Positions 1 to 11,399 of a stretch of 64,000 nucleotides of DNA are shown here, in pieces (the stretch's first letter is position 1; each line of letters begins with the position of its first letter). The DNA is taken from the NCBI RefSeq assembly GCF_006345805.1, contig NC_042998.1, positions 37,262,001 to 37,326,000 on the forward strand. Direction: 5' to 3'. The notes beneath the pieces were generated by a model. It did no database searches and was not told the DNA's origin. It saw nothing but the letters and a program-made list of their open reading frames with translations. The stretch is from Octopus sinensis. Its lineage: Eukaryota. The translations under genes and the position numbers were made by a program.

Positions 1-87
1 TTTGCCGAATCGCTAAGTTACGGGGACGTAAACACACCAGCATCGGTTATCAAGCAATGCTAGGGGGACAAACACAGACACACAAAC

Positions 88-124
<37 letters not shown>

Positions 125-295
125 CATATATACGACAGGCTTCTTTCAGTTTCCGTCTACCAAATCCACTCACAAGGCATTGGTCGGCCCGGGGCCATAG
201 CAGAAGACACTTGCCCAAGATGCCACGCAGTGGGACTGAACCCGGAACCATGTGGTTGGTTAGCAATCTACTTACCACACCGCCACTCCTGCGCC
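1..295 (-). mobile_element. tRNA-derived SINE, family A (working label), cut by window start
   Basis: Seen: the minus strand reads GGCGCAGGAGTGGCGGTGTGGTAAG...GGTTCAGTCCCACTGCG (A/B-box-like head), then CTTGGGCAAGTGTCTT (CORE-like) and an internal (TA)n/(CA)n. Near-identical copies occur at 32.7 and 36.3 kb. Octopus tRNA-SINEs (OK/OR1/OR2) are known, but I cannot assign this copy to a named family. Confidence 0.9.
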
Positions 296-339
296 ATATC
301 GTTTGGATTGCATTAGTGGAAGTCTGAAAACATCGGTTT

Positions 340-621
340 GTAGTAGTATAGAAGGAAAGAAAGAAAGATGACCGGAGGGCGCCGTCAGTAGGAGACGTTA
401 CGAGGATAAAAGAGGAGGAAGAAATAGTGTAAACCGAAATTAGGAGAATTAAAAGAAATTAAAATTACTTAGGAGCGAGAAAAAGTAAAAAAAATTGAAA
501 AAGTAAAAAAAGTATGGAAAGACCTTTCCCTTGATTTATTCCCTTACAGTACTTCATCTTCCTCCATTACCTTTTTAACCTCTCCTACTAACGGCGTTAG
601 TCTGCTTCCTTCCTTTCCTTC

Positions 622-665
<44 letters not shown>

Positions 666-683
666 TTTCTTTCTATACTATAC
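340..683. repeat. Diverged foldback / MITE-like inverted repeat
   Basis: Seen: 380-400 CGCCGTCAGTAGGAGACGTTA is the reverse complement of 576-596 at 19/21 positions. Outer TAGTATAGAA(GAAA)n mirrors (TTTC)nTTCTATACTA, and the inner arms are also loosely complementary. Confidence 0.6.
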
Positions 684-939
684 TCTAACCATGTCGTGTG
701 CGATATATCAGCACATCATTGACTTGGTGTTTAGAAGCCAATAATATATCGGATCTATCAAAATAGCAAAGAATCTTTTCGAACTTTCGCTCGTCTGTTT
801 CAAATGAACACACCTATAACCTATTTATTTCCTGTACGCCTACATACAAAACAGCCTCCCGTCTTGCCTGGTCTCTCTCTTATTTGCATGTCTTCACGTG
901 TGATGAAACCTTGGATTAATATATATTTAATCAGAGAAA

Positions 940-1815
940 GGTGGCGAGCTGGCAGAAACGTTAGCGAGCCGGGCGAAATGCATAGCGGTATTTCGTCTGC
1001 CGTTATGTTCTGAGTTCAAATTCCGCCGATTCCGACTTTGCCTTTCATCCGTCCGGGGTCGATAAATTAAGTACCAGTTACGCTCTGGTGTTGATGTAAT
1101 CGACTTAATCCGTTTGTCTGTCCTTGTTTGTCCCCTCTGTGTTTAGCCCCTTGTGGGCAGTAAAGAAATAATTAATATATATTTAATCATAGAAAAGCAG
1201 TGAACTGGCAGAAACGTTAGCGCGCCGGGCGAAATGCATAGCGGTAGCTCGTCGGCCGCTACGCTCTGAGCTCTAATTCCGCCGAGGTTGACTTTGCTTT
1301 TCATCAGTCCGGGGTCGATTAACTAAGTACCAGTTACGCACTGGGGTCGATGTAATCGACTTAATCCGCTTGTCTGTCCTTGTTTGTCCCCTCTGTGTTT
1401 AGCCCCTTGTGGTAGTAAAGAAATAGGTATTTCGTCTGTTTTTACGTTCTGAGTTCACATTCCGCCGAGGTCGACTTTACCTTTCATCCCTTCGGGGTCG
1501 ATAAATTAAGTACCATTTACGCACTAGGGTCGATGTATTCGACTTAATCCCTCTGTCTGTCCTTGTTTGTCCTCTCTATGTTTACCCCCTTGTGTGCAAT
1601 AAAGAGATAAGAAACGTTAGCACGCCGGGCGAAATGCATAGCGTTAAATCGTCTATCTTTACGTTTTGAGTTCAAATTCCGCCGAGGTCAACTTTGCGTT
1701 TTACCCTTTCGGGGTCGATAAATTAAGTACCCCTTGCGTACTGGTATCGATCTAACCGACTCGCCCCTCCCCACAAAAACAAATTTCGAGCCTTGTGCCT
1801 AGAGTAGAAAAGAAT
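940..1815 (+). mobile_element. Tandem cluster of about four SINE family B units (working label)
   Basis: Seen: repeated GGCGAGCTGGCAGAAACGTTAGC...GAGTTCAAATTCCGCCGAGGTCGACTTTGCCTTTCATCC...GGGGTCGATAAATTAAGTACCAG units starting near 940, 1197, 1426 and 1610. A 25-bp direct duplication (915-939 / 1171-1195) flanks the first unit. Confidence 0.9.
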
Positions 1816-2022
1816 ATTGGTTTCAAACTTTGGCACTAGGTTGGTAACTTTGTAGGAGAAGATCACATCGACCACAACGTTTAACGAGCACTTAATTAAT
1901 TGACCACGAAAGGATGGAACGCAAAGTCGACCTCGGAGGAATTTGAACTCAGAACATAACGAAAAATGAAATGCCGCTAAGTATCTTGCACCAACCTGCT
2001 AACGAGTCTGCCACATCTCTGT
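1815..2022 (-). mobile_element. SINE family B, older copy with a different 3' tail
   Basis: Seen: reverse complement of the family B core (AAAGTCGACCTCGGAGGAATTTGAACTCAGAAC) with a tail ending ...TTTGAAACCAATATT. Confidence 0.8.
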
Positions 2023-3689
2023 CTTTTAGATAACCTGTAATATAAATAAATGTATTATTTTATCAGTGGATATGGTTTCTCTTTTAATGACCCAGCAAGG
2101 CTACGAACTTTTCACTTTGATTTCTCTAGTTCTTTTTTTTTGTTGTTGTTTTCTGTGCAGGGGAAGCTATAGTATTGGCACAGCTAATTTGTTTATAGTC
2201 TATGGCGAGAGTAAAGTTCTATATTTACTAAAAATGTGTATTTCGCTCTCATATATACGTACATAGACGCATAGTTGCTTGCGTGCGTACATACATACAT
2301 ACATACATACATACATACATAAGCAAGTATGTGCATATATGCCTGTGTGGGTTGGTATGCTTCATTATAAATATATCCATGATATAAATGCAGGTTATTA
2401 TGTTTTCAGCAATTTTACTTTTCGTTGCTACATTTATTATTTTTATAAATCACTCTAGAGTGGATAGAATCAGTAAATATTGGTTTCACACTAAGTGTAT
2501 CTAAAACATGGTCCAATATTTCTGTTGCTCCACAACATGCTATATTCCTAGCTTCATTATCAGCAGTTGCAGAGCTGTAAAAAATGCTGTAGTGGATAAA
2601 GTGTATTGAAGGAAAAAGATAAGGAAATATATTTTACAGCTAAATGACAGATTAGTTTAACTCCGTAAGACAGTATATCGGCTCACCTAAAAATCCAACC
2701 TGTCAACTTGGCTATCCAGTTTACTCCCCGTCTTTACAAGTGTACATCCGGTTGGTGAAGTCGTAACGTTAGTGTCACACGGTAGCCAAATGATTCTGGA
2801 ATGTTTGCTTTGGCACAGTCGATGTATACATAACAAGTCTGCGGTAGTACAGCTTATGTATGTGTCGAATTCGTGCGATCAGTGCAAACATTTAATAACG
2901 AAACATGATGTTCATACACGGTGAAATGGGTAGATTACAAGAATTATTAACCAAGTAGAAATATCTGCAGCAGTCGGATTAATCTCAGAATCATAAACAT
3001 GATTTTAGAGATAATTATTATTATCGTATTGTTATTTTGTTCTGGTCCCAACCCCGTCTTTTACTCTTCGTTTTTATTCCAGTGTTTCTTCGCATATTTA
3101 TCATCATCCATGTCATAATTCTTTCAATGCTGCAGGCTCAAATGAGAACGGAAAATAGTGGGGAGAGTTAGAGAGAGAGAGAGAGAGAGGAAGGAGGAAG
3201 AGAGAGATAAAAAAAGGAAACAACGAAAGCGAGTACAGGGTTGAGGTTTCCGTGAAACCTGAAGAAAAGGCCCCAACTATGGATCTCGTGCAGTTTGAGA
3301 GTTATGGGAAAGGGTTACAGGTATATCATTGGCTAAAGTGATCGTTTCATAACAGTGATGCATTTCCTAGTTGCAGACGATCAAATTACAAATATTGTTT
3401 CTTAAAACAATATAATGTGTTTATGTCTTCTGGCTTTTTCAAGATGTTTCAGTTTAATGTTTACATTCTGATGTTGTAATGCTTCAACATTCTAATTATA
3501 TATTTAACAAATTCTTGGCCAAAGACGAATGTGTGCGTTGCTAATGTAAATGCTAATTCATTGAGATAATGAAAAACACCCAAAACACAAACGCAATGAT
3601 ATTTGATTCGAATAAAGGCTATAATGCGTTCTAGTTAACACGTGAGTAGGGGGTAATTCAGTCAAGAATTAGATGTGGAGGCAATAAAA

Positions 3690-4700
3690 CACTTTATGCA
3701 TACAGGAGGTTGAATATGTGAAGCATGAAGAAGATAAAACACTTGAGAAAACCACTATAAATTTTAATGAACAATATGGTACTTCTCACCCCCACTTTTT
3801 TTTTTACTAGAGAGACAGTGAATAAGGAACAGGCGGTCAATTGTGAAATAAGACAAAAAAGGGGCAAGAATGAAATTCAAAGAGAATACGTTAAACAGAT
3901 TGAAGTGAAACCTTTGTATGGTCAATTTTGAAAAGCCAATGAGAATGTATGTGAAATAAAATTCTGGACGTGGTTTTGAAAAAGGGCAATTCAAAAAAGT
4001 TGAGAGTCTTATTATAGCAGTTCAAGATGAAACGATGCAAACAAATTAAGAAAATATGAATATGTGGAGAAGGAGTTAGAAAAATGTAGAGTGTGTGGAA
4101 TTTGGAAAAAAGACAGTGACACAAATTGCTGCAGAATCTTGAGAATATAAGAAATGGAGATTTGATCAAGTTGTGAACGTTTTACACTGGAAACCTTATC
4201 AGAAATTCGTATTTGAATCTGGAGGTACGTGGAATGTTGAACGGGCTGAAAGTCTGCTGGAGAAACGTTTTATGGAACATTCCTATTAAAAATAGCCAGA
4301 AAATAATAGACCGGACATAACAATAATACATAAGGAAAAGCGAACCTGCTTACTAATTAATCCATTATGAATGACTGTTTGACTCCGGGATTGTAAAGAA
4401 CGAGAATGAAAAAAAAATTTTTAATGACAATTTCTTGAAATTTGAAATTGCAAGAATTTGGAGTATAAGAACTGTAAAGTTTGTACGTATAATAATTGGT
4501 GAATTGCGAACTGTGAGAAAAAATATGGGTTAAAATAGAATATCCAGAACAGTTTCTACAGAAAGTCTGCCTTGTAGTGACTAGAATGTCAGGAGGATAT
4601 TAACCACTTGAAAGACTACAGAAAGCTTGTGGATGTCTAGTGTTATAAGTCGCAATATGCTACCTGCATGTATTTTACCAGGAATAAAAACGAGTCTAAA
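3690..4700 (+). mobile_element. R4/Dong-clade non-LTR retrotransposon, 3' part (decayed zinc knuckle + restriction-like endonuclease)
   Basis: Seen by hand translation across stops: KPLYGQF, SLIIAVQDETMQT, KCRVCG...EYKKWRFDQVVNVLHW, NNRPDITIIHKEKRTCLLI, KFEIARIW...VRIIIGEL. These match the post-RT CCHC and PD-(D/E)XK RLE region of R4/Dong ORFs (established knowledge). Confidence 0.8.
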
Positions 4701-4709
4701 TCAAATCAT

Positions 4710-7700
4710 TAGCTAAGAGAGTGCAAACCTCCGCCAATGCAACACCAATGTCCTCTGAACGATTAGCCAGAGAGGGTTTTTAGAATGAGAATATTTGAAA
4801 TAAACTCGACTGCTCTCACAAACGAGAATCCTAAAAAGGAACCCAACAACTCTCAAAAATTAAGTAAAATAAACGGGAAAATAATCCAGAATCCTTGCCT
4901 GGTAGTAGTCATGGAAAATAATCCTTGCCTGGTAGTAGTCATGGAAAATAATCCAGAATCCTTGCCAATAGTAGTCATGGAATATGAAGGTGGGTATACA
5001 AGCCGTGTTTGTAATGCTGTGAGTGGCTCGTCTGCAGTGGGAACATGGATGGTTTTCTCTATGAAGGTCTTTTTTAGTCTATCGACTGATATAGTGTCTT
5101 TATGGATATCTTTACTAAAACAAATAATAAAGGCAATTTTCGATCTATCAGCCTACGATATGATAAATATATCCATTCGAAGAATAAGGAAAAGGTGCCA
5201 AGTCAGAAATCCAACACTGAACAAACAGACCCGTCTCCTATTGTCACTGTCAATGCCTTAATGATAAGCCAAAACTCACGCCGGATCGGTCACCGCCCGG
5301 GTCAACAAGGGCCGCGTTACTCAGTTGGGAACCAAACTGAGTTCGGAAAGTCTGCTGCTGGAACAAACTCTATAAACAATGTACTAGGTAACAAGATCCA
5401 GAATAACTCTAACGTTAGGCATGTGCTAACACCACCAAAAACACCTAAAGCAAAACGCATGAAATGGACTAGAGAGTTGAAAGCTTTTAATATAGCCCAA
5501 ATAATTTCAAACAATAACCTCATAGTACAAACAAATTTTATGGAGAAATTTACTAGACAATGTAGTAGACAGATATATAGATGCAAATAAACTAAGTGAT
5601 GTATGTTGAGACATCATTAAGAATAAAAATTTGACTGACACTGAAATTAGCCAAATTAGGATACAAATATCTCATGGTAGACCAAATGAAAACAGCCAAA
5701 ATACAGATGAAAGAGGTAACATGTAGAGAACCTAGTATACGAGCATTACATCCCAAGGAGGAAGCTGGAAAAGAATAGCGAAAAACATATAAGCGGGAAA
5801 AGAGGACAAACGAAACCTACCTCAAAAACATCAGAATAAGTGTGACACGGAATTTGGAGTGAATAATGAAGACAAGATCATAGAAGCAAAAGAAGATATT
5901 ATCAGAGAACTCAGCAAGTATGAGTTTACTGATATAATTAATAACGAACAACTGGCAAAGTTCTGAAACAGCTTAAAAAAACCCCAACATAATCATGATA
6001 TATGATATTGGTCTTAAACAGATCTTAAGTAATAAGGGAAATGACCTAACAACCTAACAACCTTAAATAATCTCATCTATTTCACTGTTAAAGTCGTAAC
6101 TGCACAAATAGATATCAGGACGACACATAAAAGCAACAACCTTGTCAATAGACCTCCTAAGTGGAAAGTTACAATACAAAAATATATTGAATCTCTGCGG
6201 GCGAATATGTCATTACTCGATGAACTTGCTAGAGGAGTAGATGTTAAGATGAAACGAGATGGAAAAAGAACAAGCAAAAATATAAAATGAAAGACTCTAT
6301 ATACCTCCCTGTAACTAAGGAACAATTGAAATAACGAATACAATTGAAAGCCCAACGCAGGTCTAACATAAGAATAAAATTTTATCGACAAAACAAGATA
6401 TTCAGGACGGATGCAAAAGAATTTTACAGGAAAATTGGCAAACGCAAGATAGAAGTAAAGGAACCACCTAAGAGTCAAAGAATGGAAGAGTTCTGCAAGA
6501 AGATATGGAGCAACAAAAAAAATTATAATGTTGAAGCTGACGTGAGAAAGTGAGACTTGATGAAGCTGAGGAGCGGAAATTGCAGGCAATAGGGATAGAA
6601 GAGCTGCGATTTGTTCTTAGGAAGTCTCCAGGACTGAACCGAATTCCTAACTTCTGGCTAAATTGTCTGACAGAAGTACACCAACATTTAGCTGCCTCTC
6701 GGACGGATGTCATCCAGAATCCAAAGCAAATACTGGCCTGGATAACTACGAAAAACTGAAGAAACAAACAATCGAAATAACTACAAGATTCTCACATCCA
6801 TGTTAACTGACAGAATATACGCTTTCTTTGAACAGATATCTATTCTTCCACAAGCTCAGAAAGGGTGTAAAATGAATTCTTATGGGTGCAAAGATCAATT
6901 ACTCATAAGTAAAGTGACTGTAGTCGGCTTGCCGGAGCAAAAATAAAAAAAAACTTGAGTATGGCATGCATAGACCGGAGGAAAGCATTTCATAGTGTCC
7001 CACGTAATTGGATACTCAAGGCCTTTCATCTATATAAGATCTTTCTCTTTCCCCCTCCTGACATCTCCAAATTTTTAAAAGGTAGCATGACCAAGTAGAA
7101 CACACGTCACCTTCTAAACCACTGTAATGGGATGAGCCAAATTAACATCAAACGAGGCATCTTTCAAGGTGACCCCCTCTCCTCATTACTCTTTTATATG
7201 ACACTGATCCCACTCTCAAACGAACTGTGTAACACCAAGTATGGATTCAAAGTTTACAATACGACCATAAACCATCTCTTTTATATGGACGACCTGAAGC
7301 TGCTTGCTAGAAATGACAGGGTGCTAGTAGGGCTGCTAACAACTGTTAAAGAGTTCAGCAATGACATCGGGATGGACTTTGACCCTGATAAATGTGCTAA
7401 AGCAACATTTGTAAGAGGCATGCTCAGGAAAACAACTTCCATTAAATTAGATACCGACGCTACCATCAAAAATATTGGCTTACAAGAAAATTACAAATAC
7501 CTGGGGATAAACGAAGCGGGTGGTTTACAACCTGCTACTATGAAGGAAAAATAGGAATAAAGTATTACAGGAGAATAAGACTCATACTCAAAACTGAACT
7601 CAACTCTAAAACTCGCATCGAAGCTTGGCACTTCCAGTTGTTCGATATAGTTTTAACATTATTAAATGGAATTTTACAGAACTCCAACGCCTGGACAGGA

Positions 7701-7762
7701 AGACAAGAAAAATATAAGAACATGCACCATCCAAAAGTAGATGCTGATCGCCTGGGCAGAGG
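4710..7762 (+). mobile_element. R4/Dong-clade non-LTR retrotransposon, 5' region and RT, 3'-truncated, frameshifted
   Basis: Seen: N-terminal KRMKWTRE (ORF 5102-5590), QNKIFRTDAKEFYRKI (6344-6553), RT motifs RGIFQGDPLSSLLF, NHLFYMDDLKL, FSNDIGMDFDPDKCAK, YKYLGINE (7132-7554), and MHHPKVDADRL near 7720. Confidence 0.9.
4878..4984 (+). repeat. 30-bp tandem repeat (about 3 units) in the 5' region of the R4/Dong element
   Basis: Seen: ATCCTTGCCTGGTAGTAGTCATGGAAAATA at 4891 and 4921, plus a variant third unit. No unique spacers. Confidence 0.9.
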
Positions 7763-8059
7763 TAAAGATCATGGACCCACCCCTTTGGAACTTTTTTGTT
7801 TTTTTCTTTTACAGGAACACATTATATCGAGGGCGGAGAATCCGAATCTGCAAAAAAAAAATGCATTTCAAAATTTTAGTTCTCCCCCATCCATTTCTTA
7901 AATTTTCACTTGGTTATTCATTTGCCCACCAAAAATTTCTCATCCCAGGCATTTTTCTGTGTAGTTTAAAAAATGTTCACTGTATTACTTGGAGGCCTTA
8001 AAATAACATAAACGCCATATAAACACGAACATGTCAATGTGGGGAGGATCACCAATCTA

Positions 8060-8250
8060 GATGTGCTATGAAATGCCGGGCAAAATTGCTTAGCGATATT
8101 TCGCCCGTCCCTGCGTTCTGGGTTCAAATATCGCCGACGTTTACCTTGCCTTTCATCCGTTCAAGGTCGATAAAATAAGTGCCGGTTGAGTACTGGGTCT
8201 TTGTAATCTATTTAACCACTCTTACATTGTGTCAAAATTTGAAATCAACA
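8060..8250 (+). mobile_element. SINE family B, degenerate
   Basis: Seen: GCCGGGCAAAATTGCTTAGCG...GGGTTCAAAT...TTGCCTTTCATCCGTTCAAGGTCGATAAAATAAGT. Confidence 0.8.
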
Positions 8251-9248
8251 TTAATGACTTAGGTAAGATATGCTCGTCCAGCCTTCCAATTTCCCTCTTC
8301 AATAAATAAATGCCTTACATATTATCAAGATACTTAAAGCATATACAAAGCATAGGTGGGTTATTCAAATTAGTCTTATGTATTTTATATAAGTAAAATA
8401 GACAAACTTTTTGTCGCTAGATAAACCATAACAAAATATACCGAATGAGACACAAAGAAAAGATGTATCCGAAAGAAAACCGAAACAAAATATCTAAGAC
8501 TATAGAGTTTTAAAATGTTTATTTTTTTCACTAATATATATTCATTTTACAGAATTCCCTTTCCAAGTGAATAAATCAAACAGAATTTTCTTTTGTCGTT
8601 TTCTTGTATCAACGAAAGAATTGTTAAGTCGCCAAAGTTATCATAAGAGAAATATGTCACCATCGACTGAAATTTTAGATTTTATTTCTTTCTTGAGATG
8701 ATTAAACTAAGCATGAATCTTCCTTTATATTTTTGAAATACATAAACATGTATTTTAAATGTTTCATAAAAGTGATGGCAATGTGGGATTCACCAAACAC
8801 TAGAACTTATACATTTTCACGTATGCTGTACGCATCTTTGACAACCTCAAAAAAAACAGTAAACAAATAACACAATTAAATTATTTCTTAAAAGACGAAT
8901 GTTATGTCACACAAAAGAATTGAAATTATGACTAGTGCGCTACGTGACAAACATGTACAAATATTGTCTCAGAACACAGAGCTTGCTGGAAAATACAAAT
9001 ACGCAATAGAAAGGCTGGAAAATAATCACGTTTGTTGATTTCGTTCTGCAAAAGTCTGATGTAAGTAAATATCATGGATCTATAAGTGAAACAATGACAT
9101 GCGCCCTCCACTATGCACACGTGTGGTTATACGCCCGCGCACACATATATGTTATATGCTATACATATATATATATATATATATAGTATGTGATTGTGCG
9201 TGTGGGTATGTTTAGAATGAATGCGTGCGTGTCTTGTTGAATTCTGTA

Positions 9249-9286
<38 letters not shown>

Positions 9287-10942
9287 AATGTGATTGTGCG
9301 CATGGGTATGTTTAGAATGAATGCGTGCGTGTCTTGTTGAATTTTATTTCCTTGATATTAAATTTCTGCTTGTAGTTTGTCATCTTCCTATATAAAGTAA
9401 TCTTAAGATGGTTAATTATACTAAATGCATTATTGCCATCTTTCAGAAGAGTCAGCTAATGTGATACCCATTAAGGGTGCTTTTATATGCTGTTTTTGAA
9501 ACTATGGTTGGCATTACATACAATGAAAGGAACTTGAACTGGTGTAAACTCAACGAAGAAATAAATAGAAACGGTAATTCAAGCTGCACATCAATAGAAT
9601 TAATAAAAATAAAATACTGCACGATATAAGAATATTTCTTCATGTGCAAAATAATATCCTAAACTAAAGTTGTTTGTTATAATTATTTTCTAACTGAATA
9701 TTATAGAGTTACAAAAACATTTTAAAATTCCAGCAATATTTCTTTAAACATAATTAACTTAATGACCAGGGAAAAGAAATAATGAACATTACCATAAAAT
9801 TAAAGGAATAAATTCCTAACGTCATTAGAGCAACTCCTTGCGAAAACAGTTTCGGTAAGATTATATTGAACATAAATTTAAAGAGGCGTTTGACTTCCAC
9901 AATTAGGTTATTTTTTACGCAATAAATAGTATAGAGTTGCAAAATAAGAAAAAAAAAGCCCAACTAATTTTAAATAGCAACAAGAAAATAATTATCGTAT
10001 TGTAGAGGAGGTTTGGTAAAGAAGAAATGTAGAATAGTAAATATTATTTTAAGAATATAGCACTGCAGCCAATTAAAATACAAAAACATTTGTTATGCAA
10101 ATTAATGGAAATTTTCACACCAGTTTTAAGGTAATGACAAGAAAACCTCATTAAATGTGAATATTACCACGCCAGATTTGAATAAAAAAAAACAAAACAA
10201 GAGCCATAATGAAACTACAGGTTCCTTGCGCATCGATAGGACAATCTTCCAAGGTATAATCTATGAAGGACATATTGTGTAACAAAAACCTATAATAGTA
10301 TAATATATAATGAGTGTATAATGGTAACTCGTACTGATTTATATTTTAAAATCGTCTTGAATAATTGCGAATGCATACCAAAACATTGAATGCAGTTCTA
10401 CAATTTGTAACGCTACACGTTCGGTCAAACCTTTATTATACAAGAGACATTAGGAAAGAATCATGGTTCTGAGCGTCCTGCAATGGAACTATTTGGAGAC
10501 AGAGTTAAACAAAATGAGAGAAAACTTGTTGTTTCGTAAATAGATAAACTTCTATTAATATTACACATTTGATTGCCAATTTGCGTAATTTTTCTAATAT
10601 GTTATGGGCAAATTCTCCATAGAATGCTTTATTCGTTAAATAATTCCCACTCACGCAGTAAATTGGAACATAACTATAGAAAAGTGCACCAACGATTTTG
10701 TTTGCTCGTAATATTCTGCAAAATGGATATTTATTGATGAAAGTTTCTATAAATAATTTTCAGATGATGGCGATTCTAAATATGTTGGAATTTATGGGGG
10801 GAAACCTGGTAGCAGAGACGTTTCAGGCAATGCACACACCTCAAATTTATTTCCTCATTGCTACGGTCTAATGATTGAAACAAGTGAACGATAAAAATAA
10901 TTTCAAGAAGGTGTAAATCATGATTCTTTCATCTTTAATCAA

Positions 10943-11399
10943 TTACTTGTTTCAGTCATTAGACTGCGGTCCTGCTGGAGTACTGTATTGAATAACTTTT
11001 AGTTGAACGAATCGACTCCTTACAAATATTTTTTTCTTTCAAATATTGGTACTTATTATATCCGACTATCTTGCCAAACCGCTAGATTACGGGGATTTAA
11101 CACACGAACACCGGTTATCAAGCGTTGGAGGCAACACGAACACATAAAAAAATCTCTTTCTCTCTGCCTCACACACACAGAATCACACCCGGGGACACAC
11201 ACACTCCCATACACACACGCACACACACATATAAGTATACAAGCTACTTTCAGTTTCCTTGAACAATATCCAATTGCAAGGCTTTGATTGGCTCGATGAC
11301 CTAGTAGAAGGCACTTGCCCAAATTGCCGCATAGTGGCGCTGATTCTGGAAGGACGTGGTTGTGAAGCACACTCGTTTCCAGAGAGCCACATCTGTGCC
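10943..11399 (-). mobile_element. SINE family A, older full-length copy
   Basis: Seen: tail TTACTTGTTTCAGTCATT...CTGGAG, internal (CA)n, GACACTTGCCCAA-like core and a degenerate head. Confidence 0.85.

Noticed and set aside
4878-4984. 30-bp repeats as a CRISPR array
   Set aside because: The units are contiguous with no unique spacers, lie inside a eukaryotic retrotransposon, and there are no cas genes.
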